This document shows positions 50,040-61,811 of a stretch of 64,000 nucleotides of DNA, piece by piece. Below the pieces are notes generated by a model. The model was not told where the DNA came from and did not search any database. It saw nothing but the letters and a program-made list of their open reading frames with translations. Each line of letters opens with the position of its first letter. Positions within the stretch are counted from its first letter, which is position 1. The DNA comes from Heteronotia binoei (lineage: Eukaryota), in assembly GCF_032191835.1 (NCBI RefSeq), contig NC_083237.1, positions 10,850,001-10,914,000 of the forward strand, in the 5' to 3' direction. Made by a program: the position numbers and the translations under genes.

Positions 50040-50805
50040 CCCCCCCCCCCCCCATTTGGAATAACGAGACAGACAACCATATGGGATAAAGGGCCACTTT
50101 ATTTAAATTAATGGCAATGGGAAAACATGGGGCCAGGTTGAGCCAGGGGTCACAACACAGACCACCTCCCCAACCTGAAACAGGGCGAGACCCGGGCACC
50201 AGGAGTGAGCCGACCCAACGGCTCAAACCCAGCCGGCCAGGCACTAAATCCAGCTCACTGAGCTCCACCCTCACCCGCATCGTGCAGCCTGGGCTGTGGA
50301 CCACTCCCTAGTGACTGGATCACAAGGCTCCCTGGAGCCAACCTTGAGCTGTGCAGCTTAGGTCCCCCAGGGACGCCGTACACCCCCAAAGGTGCGTTGC
50401 CATGTGAGCTCACCAAATACCCCAAAAGAACATGTTCCCAATGGTAAAACCGCCAGTGACCAAACTATCAACAGCACCGCCATAGCCAATTGCCAACGCA
50501 CCTTCCGCAGTGTAAGGTAGGCAAAAACACTCCCAAGCCGGCCAATTTGCTTGGAAATGAAAAATTCCTACCTGGCCCAAAACAGGCGACCAGCCTGTGC
50601 CTACACTGCATGATGGGCGGGCGGGCCGACAAGCCCTGGGGGAAAGAACTGCACCACAGGGGGACGGGCCAGCCTATATAAGGCTGCCCGCCCCCAAGCA
50701 GCCCACGGCAAACCAATTGTCTCCCATCCAGCAGGGGAGGCAATGGGCGGCCCCCAGCCTAAGGCGACCGATCGGCCGCTCGGCTGGGTGGGGCCGAATT
50801 GCAAC
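50040..50805 (-). mobile_element. LTR-like or DIRS/Ngaro-like repeat
   Basis: Reverse-strand homologue of 19725-20370 (shared caggtaggaattttt, ggaaggtgcg, aataaagtgg and terminal G-run). Confidence 0.5.
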
Positions 50806-51423
50806 CAATATCTGATCTGGTTTTGGATCTGAAATTATTGTCGCTTAACTGATATGAGATCTTCACTAAGAGAGAGATGGGGGAAGGGAAGCTGAGTGAT
50901 GTTTCTTTAAATCCATCCAAAGTTGTCAATCAGTTAACATCGCCTACCATTTTGGCTTGAAATCTTCCCTTCTGGACATGGAACACAATCATGGCAGTAG
51001 GATTTCTCCCCTTCTTTCTTTCTCTTATGATAGCCAGGGGTGCACTAATCATTGCACACAAAAAGAGGCACCACCTGTCGAAAACCATGAAAGGAATTTA
51101 GGATGGGATGCATTAGGTATTCTTGTTCATCAGCTGTTACCCAACTAGAGAACAAGAAGGTCCCTTCTGATTTCTGCAATCTGTTTATCCTTCCTCAAAT
51201 ACTGCACACATTTTTATCATTACTATTGAAGAAGAAGAAGAAGAGGTTTTTAATTTTTTTATTCATTTTGTATTGTCTTTGGTGGTTTGAAATGAGCAAA
51301 AACCTTCATTCTGAGTACCACCCCCCCCCCAGGCTGAGAGAGCAGGTCGGAAGGGGAGAAGTCAGTTCAAGGGCTTCCTGACTTACCTCAGCCTACCCTT
51401 CATACAAATGCTAATGGGTCTAC

Positions 51424-51559
51424 CAGGGGTTGGGAACAGTGGCTCTCTAGATGTTTTTTGCCTACAATTCCCATCAGTCCCAGTCATTGGCCATGCTGGC
51501 TGGGGCTGATGGGAGTTGTAGGCAAAAAGCATCTGCAGAGCCACTGTTCCCCACCCCTG
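51424..51559. mobile_element. Palindromic hAT-type MITE
   Basis: caggggttgggaacagtggctct...agagccactgttccccacccctg; related to 2633-2770. Confidence 0.8.
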
Positions 51560-51776
51560 GCTAGACAATGCTCCCCACCACCACCAAAAAAAAGAGCCGA
51601 GACTTGGAAATGTTAAATTCCAGAGAGACTTCAAGAAGGAATTTCTAAAGAATCTACAAGAAAAGCTTTTCTGACCTGACCTGTTCAGTGAATGGGACAA
51701 AAAGAGGTGATAAATCTCCTGGAAACAAGCAGAAAGGTCTCTTTGGTACTCATTTCATCACAGCAGACAGAACTCT

Positions 51777-52105
51777 GAGACCCAGTTTGGTGTAGTGGTT
51801 AAGTACAACAACAACAACAACAACAACAAAATTTTATTTGTATCCCGCCCTCCCCGCCAAAGCAGGCTCAGGGTACACAGAGTCTTAACTGGGAGAATCG
51901 GGTCTGATTCCCCACTCCTCGGTTTGCAGCTGCTTGGAATGGCCTTGAGAGCCATAGCTCCCACTGAGTTGTCCTTGAAAGGGCAGGTTCTGTGAGAGCT
52001 CTCTCAGCCCCAACTACCTCACAGGGTGTCTGTTGTGGGTGAGGAAGGTAAAGGAGATTGTAAGCTGCTCTGAGACTCTGAGATTCAGAGTGGAGTGCGG
52101 GGATG
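51777..52105 (+). mobile_element. SINE ((TCT)n family) with a 70-bp (CAA)n/L2-tail insert
   Basis: Head gagacccagtttggtgtagtgg. The insert at about 51806-51875 is flanked by GTACA direct repeats. Confidence 0.75.
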
Positions 52106-52626
52106 TGCTATTTAAAAAAGAGAACCTGGGGAAGGCAGACAGTCGGAAAGTAGCTCTTCCTCCCAAGGGCACACAAGACAGCAAACAGTCACCAGGTGCT
52201 GGGAACGGGAGACAGAGACAAGGCCTCAGAATTTGGAAGGAAAGCTGGGAAACCTGACCCTCCTAGCAGGCAATTCCTACAAAAGTCAGTGGTGGTAGCA
52301 GGTTACCAGAAAGAGAGAAAAGCCTCTCCAGGTGTTGGGAAAACCTTGGAGGGCAGGGTGAAAAGGGGCCTACAGGCCAGAGCAGGCCTGTTCTGCCACA
52401 ATTATCATGATTGTACTTTCACCATTGGATCAGGAAAATTGGGGCCATCACGTCAACAAATTGACGACTCTGCCAAGTGTCACCTCCCAGATTTCCATGA
52501 CTGAATGAGGGCACCATGAAAATATGTAGTTGGTTTCAAATGATGTAAAAAAAACCCCCAACAACCCAGGAATTTGGCAATTTAGAGATATCTCATTAGG
52601 GTTTTAATGCAGACTCTGGTCTGTCA

Positions 52627-53616
52627 TAGGGTTGCCAATCCCCAGGTCCCAGCGGGGGATCCCCTGGTTTTACAGGCTTCCCCCCTCCCCCAGCCAGCTG
52701 GCCGGCGGGGGAAGCTCCACCCCCACAACCATTGTGCACCTCCAGGAACAATTCCCATAGGGAATGATGGGGAATTGATCAGCGGGTGTCAGGGGCTCTG
52801 GGGGGGGGGCTGTTTTTTGAGGTAGAGGTGCCAAATTTTCTGTATAGTATCTAGTGCTTCTCCCCAAAATACCTCCCAAGTTTCAAAAGGATTGGACCAG
52901 GGGGTCCAATTTTGAGCCTCAAAAGAAGGTGCCCCTATCCTTCATTATTTTCTATGGAAGGAAGGCATTCTAAAAGGTGTGCTGTCCCTTTAAATGTGAT
53001 GGCCAGAACTCCCCTTGGAGTTCAATTATGCTTGTCACACCCTTGCTCCTGGCTCCGCCCCAATGTCTCCTGGCTCCACCCTCAAAGTCCCCAGATATTT
53101 CTTGAATTGGACTTAGCAACCCTAAGGTGGGGGCAGGGGATCCCCTGGTTTGGAGACCCTCTCCCCGCTTCAGGGTCGTCAGAAAGTGGGGGGAGGGGAG
53201 GGAAATGTCTGCTGGGAACTCTATTATTCCCTGTGGAGATTTATTCCCATAGAAAATCATGGAGAATTCATCCACGGGTATCTGGAGCTCTGGAAGGGCT
53301 GTTTTTTTTTTGTAGAGGCACCAAATTTTCAGTATAACATCTAGTGCCTCTCCCCAAAATAACCCCCAAGTTTCAAAAAGATTGGACCAGGGGGTCCAAT
53401 TCTATGAGCCCCAAAATAAGGTGCCCCTATCCTTCATTATTTCCTATGGAAGGAAGAAATTGAAAAGGTGTGCCGTCCCTTTAAATGTGATGGCCAGAAC
53501 TCCCTTTGGAGTTCAATGATGCTTGTCACAGCCTTGATCTTGGCTCCAAACCTAATGTCTCCTGGCTCCACCCCCAAAGTCCCCAGATATTTTTTGAATT
53601 GGACTTGGCAACCCTA
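52627..53616. mobile_element. Head-to-tail dimer of the TAGGGTTGCC hAT MITE
   Basis: Units 52627-53124 and 53125-53616; one 8-bp TSD GTCTGTCA flanks the whole dimer. Confidence 0.88.
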
Positions 53617-54026
53617 GTCTGTCATGACTAACGTGTCTGATCAAACTAGAAAAAAGACCTAGCTAGGCAAGAAATAACAATGAAAACAAATGCCCCTGAG
53701 TTGGCCTCCTGGATGGTGGAATAGCCCCTGAAAAAAATAAAATGAATACCTCATTATAAACAGCTTGCCACTCAATCATATTCTCATCAATGATAAATTC
53801 TTGTCCTTCAAGACCATGGGGATTCACTCTTCCAATTTTCACCCTATGGAAAGACTTGTTCGGGAGTGTGACCAAGTTCATTATATCAAATCTGCCTCCC
53901 ATTTCCCATTTCGCATTAAAGGATAGTTTTTCTCCAGCTGAGTTATTAAATGCAATGTCTTGTAGAAAGGGGTGGACCTAGTCATAAGGGGGGAAAGAAG
54001 CAACACCCTAGAGTCTGAATGTTGAG

Positions 54027-54357
54027 ATATAAGAACATAAGAGAAGCCATGTTGGATCAGCCCAATGGCACATCCAGTCCAACACACTGAGTCACACAGT
54101 GACTAAAAAAACCAAGTGCCATCAAGAGGTCCACCAGTGGGGCTAGAAGCCCTCCCACTGTGCACACACACACACCAGGCACAAGACTACAGAGTATCAC
54201 TGCCCCAGACAGAGAGTTCCAACAATAAGCTATGGCTAATAGCCACTGATGGACCACTGCTCCATATGCTTATCCATTCCCCTCTTGAAGCTGTCTATGC
54301 TTGTAGCCGCCACCACCTTCTGTGGCAGTGAATTCCACATGTTAATCACCCTTTGGT
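54027..54357 (-). mobile_element. CR1 3' fragment (long 3' UTR subfamily)
   Basis: Homologous to 8619-8940. Confidence 0.88.
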
Positions 54358-54757
54358 GATTATACCAATGTTATACTTTCATGTCATGTCATATTTCATT
54401 GTTGTTGTTCAGTCGTGATCCCATGGACCAAATCACACCATGAAGCTTTTTTTTTTTGTGGTGTTTCGCTATATAAACATTTCTGTGATTTAATGTGTGT
54501 GTGCTTTTTTATTTATTTTTGCAGTGGTTGAAAAAGCAGGCATATAAAGTGAGAAGTGGGAGTGGATGGGCGAGTGAAATGTATTTTGATTTAATGGTAT
54601 CTATACCGTAGGGGGAGGAGTAGACTGGTTTGTTCAGAGGCTCTTTAGGTGAGATTGAAAAACAGTTGAGTGAGTGAGAGCGTAAAGAGACTAATTCCCC
54701 ACTAGCCTTATGCCACTGTTACTCTCCTCTTCTCCACGGGACTTTCATCGGATTTCA

Positions 54758-55797
54758 CTGTGGCAGTGAATTCCACATGTTAATCACCCTTTGGGTGAAG
54801 AAGTACTTCCTAAAACGGATAAAAGGAAGTACTTCTTCACCCAAAGGGTGATTAACATGTGGAATTCACTGCCACAGGAGGTGGTGGCGGCTACAAGCAT
54901 AGCCAGCTTCAAGAGGGGGTTAGATAAAAATATGGAGCAGAGGTCCATCAATGGCTATTAGCCACAGTGTGTGTATATATGTATATATATAATTTTTTTG
55001 GCCACTGTGTGACACAGTGTTGGACTGAATGGGCCATTGGCCTGATCCAACATGGCTTCTCTTAGGTTCTTATGTGACACAGAGTATTGGACTGGATGGG
55101 CCATTGGCCTGATCCAACATGGCTTCTCTTATGTTCTTATGTGACACAGAGTGTTGGACTGGATGGGCCATGGGCCTGATCCAACATGGCTTCTCTTATG
55201 TTCTTATGTGACACAGAGTGTTGGACTGGATGGGCCATGGGCCTGATCCAACATGGCTTCTCTTATGTGACACAGAGTGTTGGACTGGATGGGCCACTGG
55301 CGTGATCCAACATGGCTTCTCTTATGTTCTTATGCGACACAGAGTGTTGGACTGGAGGGGCCATTGGCCTGATCCAACATGGCTTCTCTTATGTTCTTAT
55401 GTGACACAGAGTGTTGGACTGGATGGGCCATTGGCCTGATCCAACATGGCTTCTCTTATGTGACACAGAGTGTTGGACTGGATGGGCCACTGGCCTGATC
55501 CAACATGGCTTCTCTTATGTTCTTATGTGACACAGAGTGTTGGACTGGATGGGCCACTGGCGTGATCCAACATGGCTTCTCTTATGTTCTTATGCGACAC
55601 AGAGTGTTGGACTGGAGGGGCCATTGGCCTGATCCAACATGGCTTCTCTTATGTTCTTATGTGACACAGAGTGTTGGACTGGAGGGGCCATTGGCCTGAT
55701 CCAACATGGCTCCTCTTATGTTCTTATGTGACACAGAGTGTTGGACTGGATGGGCCATTGGCCTGATCCAACATGGCTTCTTTTATGTTCTTATGTT
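54758..55797 (+). mobile_element. Short CR1 with a 54-bp 5' inversion and a 12-unit 3'-tail minisatellite
   Basis: Inverted arms at 54758-54811 / 54824-54877, CR1 3' UTR, then an array at 55008-55797. Confidence 0.9.
55008..55797 (+). repeat. Minisatellite of 67-bp (two 59-bp) CR1 3'-terminal units, 12 copies
   Basis: Units start at 55008, 55074, 55141, 55208, 55267, 55334, 55401, 55460, 55527, 55594, 55661 and 55728. Confidence 0.93.
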
Positions 55798-56789
55798 CAC
55801 ACTATCTGCCCCAGGGCTGCAACTAGCTCCGCATTTTCCACGCAGCAAGCAAGATCCTCTAAAACCTGGATTCTGTTTGCTACAGAAAAAAAGCCAAAGT
55901 GAGTTGCAGCTCCGGGGCAGATAGTGTAAAATCCTACCCACGGGGAAGAGGAGTGTGAGAGCAGCATAAGGCTAGTGGGGAATCAGTCTGAGTGTATTTC
56001 CGTGAAGAGTGAGAGGAAACTGTGTTCATTATGGATGTTCTTTTGCCTAAGTGGCAAGTGAGAAAAATAAGCCTTGGCGTATAGGTCTATTTAAGGAACT
56101 TTAGAGAAGAACTGTACCTAGCTGAAACCATAACATTTCTGAACCATATTGAAAACCTATTGAAACTATCAAGCCCTATTGGGGGGAGGGCAGTAACAAC
56201 AACGACAACAATTTATGTTTAAATAAAATAGCTGTTTTCTTTAAAGGATCCTCTTTTATCTCACCACTCCTATACACCAACCATTCTATAACTCCATCAA
56301 ATATAACTAAGCCATCCTGTTTTCTGTACAGCTAAAAAGTCTAAGGCAAAAGCCTTTAGTGGCACTGAAAATAAGCAGGAAATTTTAAAGAAGAAAGGAA
56401 AGCAGCATAACATCTTAGAACACCACAGAATGATGCTGTTATAAGTGTTATGTAAAAGCCGTCGCAGAAACAAGCACAATATTACACTATCACTGATAAC
56501 AGATGGGCATATAGGGGCGGGTAGGTGGCATCCCAAATCAGGCCAGCTCAAATTGGCCTGTCTGCAAGGCGGTTTGGCACAATCAGAAGCTGGGGGTGGG
56601 GGGCGCCTCAGAAGCTGGGCTGCTCTTTTTGACTCCCCCAAGTCAAGCACTCATGTACTCATGCACTCAAGCACTCTGGGCAGTTATTTTTTTGAAAAGC
56701 TGGAAGCAGCTTGGGATGGCTTGGTGGATTAACACCGGCAAGGCACCTAGCTTGAGCGCTTCCATGTCCAGGCGACTGGCGTATGGCTC

Positions 56790-57300
56790 TAAAATTTGCA
56801 ACCACTTTGAAACCACTTCCATATATGCCCAGGAGGTCATTATGTTTAGACTCCCAACATCTGTTGGCCTTCCCCAGTCCAAGAGATGCCCGCCTCACCT
56901 CAACTTGGGCCATGGCTTTTTCAGTCCTGGCCCCGACCTGGTGGAATCAGCTCCCTATTGAGATCTGAGCCCTACTTGGCTTATTAGCCTTCCATAGGAC
57001 CTGTAAAATGGAGCTGTTCTGCCAGGCTTTTAGCTTTGACTGTGGGCATCTATTCTTGATCTGGTTGGCCTCCCCAGCCAGCACTGTCGTCTGTGCTAGG
57101 AAATGGAATAAAAACTGCCATCTCTATGAGATATCATGATGTGAGATGGCTAGGCTGGGCAATATGTGATGACATGGTAATCTGAGTTGTCTGTTTATAG
57201 AATGTTTGTATTGTATTTTACTGTTTTATCATATGTTGTACTCCGCCCTGAGCCCTACGGGGAATGGGCAGAATAGAAATATACTCAAATAAATAAATAA
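56790..57300 (+). mobile_element. L2-like LINE 3' fragment
   Basis: PYMPRRSL..DSQHLL...AFSVLAPTWWNQLPIEI, 3' UTR and (AAAT)n tail. Confidence 0.75.
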
Positions 57301-57846
57301 AGTGGTTGCTTTTTGAGTCACTCTAAGGACACTGGAGGACAGGGTTAGTATGGGATAGGGATTTTAAGCTGCGCCTTGCCAAAGGCTGAGCACATCTCAC
57401 AAAGGTCTGAGAGGAGCAGAGCAGCTCTGATAGCTGAGACAGCTGGAGAAATTGCTGAGAATTTCTGAGTTTGGAAGGACTTCATTCTAAAGTTTGTGGG
57501 GCTGCCTAAAATTCTAAGGTGTGATAGCTGGGGAACTGCTCTTTGTTTGGTTGACTGCTCTTTGTTTGGTTGACTGGCCTAAGGGTGAAAGCGATTGAGA
57601 GTGATTGCTGCTGATTGCTGAGGAGTGCCTCTGCTCCACCTCTTTGCATTTTAAGCTGCGCCTTGCCAAAGGGCTCTTGGCCTGTGGCTCTTCGCCTAGG
57701 GGCTCTCTAAGGACCAGGAACCCAGATTCCTGATTTCCTTGTTCTCCAAATAAGGTAAGTTCCCAATAAGGTAAGTTGAGGTAAGGTAAGTTGACCCTCC
57801 AGAAGAGGAGCCACTTAAACAAACAGCATTTAAAGAGGACTGTATA

Positions 57847-57850
<4 letters not shown>

Positions 57851-57919
<69 letters not shown>
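57851..57919. repeat. (TA)n microsatellite (about 34 units) immediately upstream of CR1 ORF1
   Basis: Perfect dinucleotide run read directly from the sequence. Confidence 0.97.
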
Positions 57920-57921
<2 letters not shown>

Positions 57922-57931
57922 TGAAGATAGA

Positions 57932-58828
57932 ATGCCAGCAGGGGTTGGGGGCTTTCCAGTGTTTTTCACTGAGTGTCACATGTATGACTATCTGCCCAAA
58001 GGACAGAAGTCTTGGGTGTGTGCTCGATGCAAGGAGCTCCTGGTCCTCAGGAAACGAGTTTGTACCCTTGAGGCCAAGGTGACTGCCCTGGAGAAGCAGA
58101 GACGGTCAGTTAGGCACTTGGGGAAGACTCTCGGGGGCGTATTAGATGAGCCCCGCTCTGAACATAGCAGTCCTGTTGCTGCCAGAGAGCGTGAGGGTCG
58201 AGAGGGAACAGGGCACTGGGCTGAAGACAAGGGGAATGCGCCCTCAGAAGGGACCTCTTCTTCGGTTGGTGAGCGGGTATCCTTTCACGCCAAGGAACCA
58301 TCCCTGAGCAGGGGGAGAGGGGGGGTTTTGGTAGTTGGTGATTCGATCCTTAGGCAAGTAGACAGCTGGGTGGCGAAACCGCGTACTGACCGTATGTTGA
58401 CTTGCCTGCCTGGTGCGAAGGTAGCGGACATTACGCGTGTAGTAGATAGACTGATAGACAGTGCTGGGGAGGAGCCTGTGGTCGTGGTGCATGTTGGCAC
58501 CAACGATGTGGGGAAATGCAGTCGTGAGGTCCTGGAGGAAAAATTTAGGCTGCTAGGTGGGAGACTTAAGGCCAGGACCTCCAAGGTAGCCTTCTCAGAA
58601 GTGCTACCTGTTCCACGTGCAGGGCAGGATAGACAGGCACAAATTAGAAGTCTCAATGTGTGGATGAGACGATGGTGTAAGGAGGAAGGGTTTAAGTTTG
58701 TTAGGCACTGGGATGCTTTCTGGAACAAGCGGGAGCTGTACAAAAGAGACGGTCTCCACTTGTCCCCGGATGGAACCAGGCTGCTGGCGCTTAAAATCAA
58801 AAAGGTGGCAGAGCAGTTTTTAAACTAA
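57932..58828 (+). CDS. CR1 ORF1 protein (Zn-finger-like N-terminus, coiled coil, SGNH/GDSL esterase)
   Basis: ECHMYDY...VCARC, then VVGDSILR, LPGAK, VHVGTNDV and DGLHLS. The start may instead be the ATG at 57921 with a 1-bp deletion. Confidence 0.88.
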   Translation: MPAGVGGFPVFFTECHMYDYLPKGQKSWVCARCKELLVLRKRVCTLEAKVTALEKQRRSVRHLGKTLGGVLDEPRSEHSSPVAAREREGREGTGHWAEDKGNAPSEGTSSSVGERVSFHAKEPSLSRGRGGVLVVGDSILRQVDSWVAKPRTDRMLTCLPGAKVADITRVVDRLIDSAGEEPVVVVHVGTNDVGKCSREVLEEKFRLLGGRLKARTSKVAFSEVLPVPRAGQDRQAQIRSLNVWMRRWCKEEGFKFVRHWDAFWNKRELYKRDGLHLSPDGTRLLALKIKKVAEQFLN

Positions 58829-58922
58829 ATCTTGGGGGAAAGCCGACAGGAGGTTTGGGAGGACTCATCTCAAAGAGATGAAGGGTTAGCTGCTATTTTT
58901 TCTACTGCGTAACGGACCAGAG

Positions 58923-61811
58923 TTGTCCACTGTGAAGGTGACAAACAATATGGACTGTCTGCCAGAGTCTCGAGGCGGCAGGAGGAAGGTGGCGGGCCTA
59001 GCTCGCCTGGGAAATTATAGATGTTTGTATGCAAATGCTAGAAGTGTTCGAAGTAAAATTGGTGAATTGGAATGTTTAGTGTTGGGAGAAAACATAGACA
59101 TTGTGGGAATTTCAGAAACTTGGTGGAATGAGGAGAATCAGTGGGACACGGTGATTCCTGGATATAAGCTATATCGGAAGGATAGGGAGGGAAGGGTTGG
59201 AGGTGGGGTGGCTCTGTATGTCAGAGAGGATATACGGTCCAGTAAGACTGAAAGCAGAGAATTAGATTCACTTTTAGAAACGCTTTGGGTTGAAACAGAG
59301 GGTCCAAAAGGAAATTTAACGATGGGAGTTTGTTATCGCCCACCAAATCAAAAGAGAGAGGACAATTATAATATGATGGAAGGCTTAAAGATAGCGGCTA
59401 AACGTAAAAACTGTGTCGTAATAGGTGATTTTAACTACCCGCAGATTGATTGGGTCAATATGTGTTCTGGACGAGAGAAAGAGATTGAGTTTCTTGATGC
59501 TCTCAATGACTGTGCTATGGAGCAGGTGTTCTCAGAACCTACCAGGGGTGGGGCGATCCTGGATTTGGTCCTAAGTAATGCCCAAGACTTGGTGAGAGAT
59601 GTAAAAGTGATTGCGCCGCTTGGGAGCAGTGACCATAATGTTATTGATTTCACCATTTGTATAAATAGGAAGTTGTCCAAAAAGACTGCCACAACCACGT
59701 TTAACTTTAAAAGGGGTAAATACACTGAGATGAGGAGGCATGTGAGGAGGAAACTGAAAGGAAAGGTACATACGGTCAAAACCCTTGGGGAAGCTTAGAT
59801 GCTATTTAAAACTATAATCCTAGAAGCTCAGATAAAATACATACCACAAGTTAGGAAAGGCACAAACAGGCATAAGAAAAGGCCTGCGTGGTTAACAAAC
59901 AAAGTAATGGAAGCTGTAAAAGTTAAGAAGGACTCCTTTAAGCGGTGGAAAACCAGTCCAAGTGAGATTAGTAGAAGGGAACACAGGCTGTGGCAAATCA
60001 AATGCAAGACTGTGATCAGGCAGGCAAAAAGGGACGATGAGGAGCATATTGCAAAAAACATAAAGACCAACAATAAAACTTTCTTCAAATATATTAGAAG
60101 TAGGAAACCAGCCAGGGAGGAAGTGGGGCCCTTGGATGATCATGGGGTAAAAGGATTACTGAAGGAGGATAGGGAAATGGCTGAGAAGCTAAATGAATTT
60201 TTTGCCTCCGTCTTCACTGTGGAAGATGAGAACTTTTTGCCCGCCCCAGAACCACTAATTTTGGAAGGGGTGTTGAAAGACCTGAGTCAGATTGAGATGA
60301 CAAAAGAGGAGGTCCTACATCTGATAGACAAATTAAAAACTAATAAGTCACCGGGTCCGGATGGCATACATCCGAAAGTTCTGAAAGAACTCAAAGTTGA
60401 ACATGTGGATCTTCTAACAAAAATCTGTAATCTTTCATTGAAATCTGCCTCCGTTCCTGAGGACTGGAAGGTAGCAAATGTCACCCCCATCTTTAAAAAA
60501 GGTTCCAGAGGAGATCCGGGAAATTACAGGCCAGTCAGTCTGACTTCAATACCGGGAAAGTTGGTAGAAACCATTATCAAGGACAGAATGAGTAGGCACA
60601 TTGATGAACAGGGGTTATTGAGGAAGACTCAGCATGGGTTCTGCAAGGGAAGATCTTGCCTCACTAACCTGTTACATTTCTTTGAGGGGGTGAACAAACA
60701 TGTGGACAAAGGAGACCCGATAGATGTTGTTTACCTTGACTTCCAGAAAGCTTTTGATAAAGTTCCTCATCAAAGGCTCCTTAGAAAGCTTGAGAGTCAT
60801 GGAGTAAAAGGACAGGTCCTCTTGTGGATCAAAAACTGGCTGAGTAATAGGAAGCAGAGAGTGAGTATAAATGAGCAGTCTTCGCAGTGGAGGACGGTAA
60901 GCAGTGGGGTGCCGCAGGGCTCGGTACTGGGTCCCATGCTCTTTAACTTGTTCATCAATGATTTAGAGTTGGGAGTGAGCAGTGAAGTGGCCAAGTTTGC
61001 GGATGACACTAAATTGTTCAGGGTGGTGAGAACCAGAGAGGATTGTGAGGAACTCCAAAGGGATCTGTTGAGGCTGGGTGAGTGGGCGTCAACGTGGCAG
61101 ATGCGGTTCAATGTGGCCAAGTGCAAAGTAATGCACATTGGGGCCAAGAATCCCAGCTACAAATACAAGTTGATGGGGCATGAACTGGCAGAGACTGACC
61201 AAGAGAGAGATCTTGGGGTCGTGGTAGATTACTCACTGAAAATGTCAAGACAGTGTGCGTTTGCAATAAAAAATGCCAACGCCATGCTGGGAATTATTAG
61301 GAAGGGAATTGAAAACAAATCAGCCAGTATCATAATGCCCCTGTATAAATCAATGGTGCGGTCTCATTTGGAGTATTGTTTGCAGTTCTGGTCGCCGCAC
61401 CTCAAAAAGGATATTATAGCATTGGAGAAAGTCCAGAGAAGGGCAACTAGAATGATTAAAGGGCTGGAGCACTTTCCCTATGAAGAAAGGTTGAAACGCT
61501 TGGGACTCTTTAGCTTGGAGAAACGTCGACTGCGGGGTGACATGATAGAGGTTTACAAGATAATGCATGGGCTGGAGAAAGTAGAGAAAGAAGTACTTTT
61601 CTCCCTTTCTCACAATACAAGAACTCGTGGGCATTCGATGAAATTGCTGAGCAGACAGGTTAAAACGGATAAAAGGAAGTACTTCTTCACCCAAAGGGTG
61701 ATTAACATGTGGAATTCACTGCCACAGGAGGTGGTGGCGGCCACAAGCATAGCCACCTTCAAGAAGGGTTTAGATAAAAATATGGAGCACAGGTCCATCA
61801 GTGGCTATTAG
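58923..61811 (+). pseudogene. CR1 ORF2 (AP endonuclease plus reverse transcriptase) with a single in-frame stop
   Basis: YANARS, GISETWW, GDFN and SDH (EN) and PQGSVLGP, FADD (RT). The 291-aa and 670-aa ORFs are contiguous and in frame across the TAG at 59796-59798. Confidence 0.92.

Larger units (their letters stand above)
54688..55989. mobile_element. Palindromic MITE interrupted by a CR1 and its tail array
   Basis: Left arm agactaattccccactagccttatg...ggatttca|cactatctgcccc pairs with right arm ggggcagatagtgtaaaatcc...cataaggctagtggggaatcagtct. Confidence 0.7.

Noticed and set aside
55008-55797. Regularly spaced repeats resembling a CRISPR array (also 1064-1816)
   Set aside because: Units are contiguous with no unique spacers, match the CR1 3' end, have no cas genes nearby, and the context is vertebrate.
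57791-57931. N-terminal IYIYIY extension of the 345-aa ORF
   Set aside because: It is translation through a (TA)n microsatellite from a TTG start, not a real protein segment.
59828-61798. Minus-strand ORFs recurring at several loci (MGEEVLPF..., MDLCSIF..., MAPMCIT...)
   Set aside because: Antisense shadows of CR1 ORF2; they recur because the element does.
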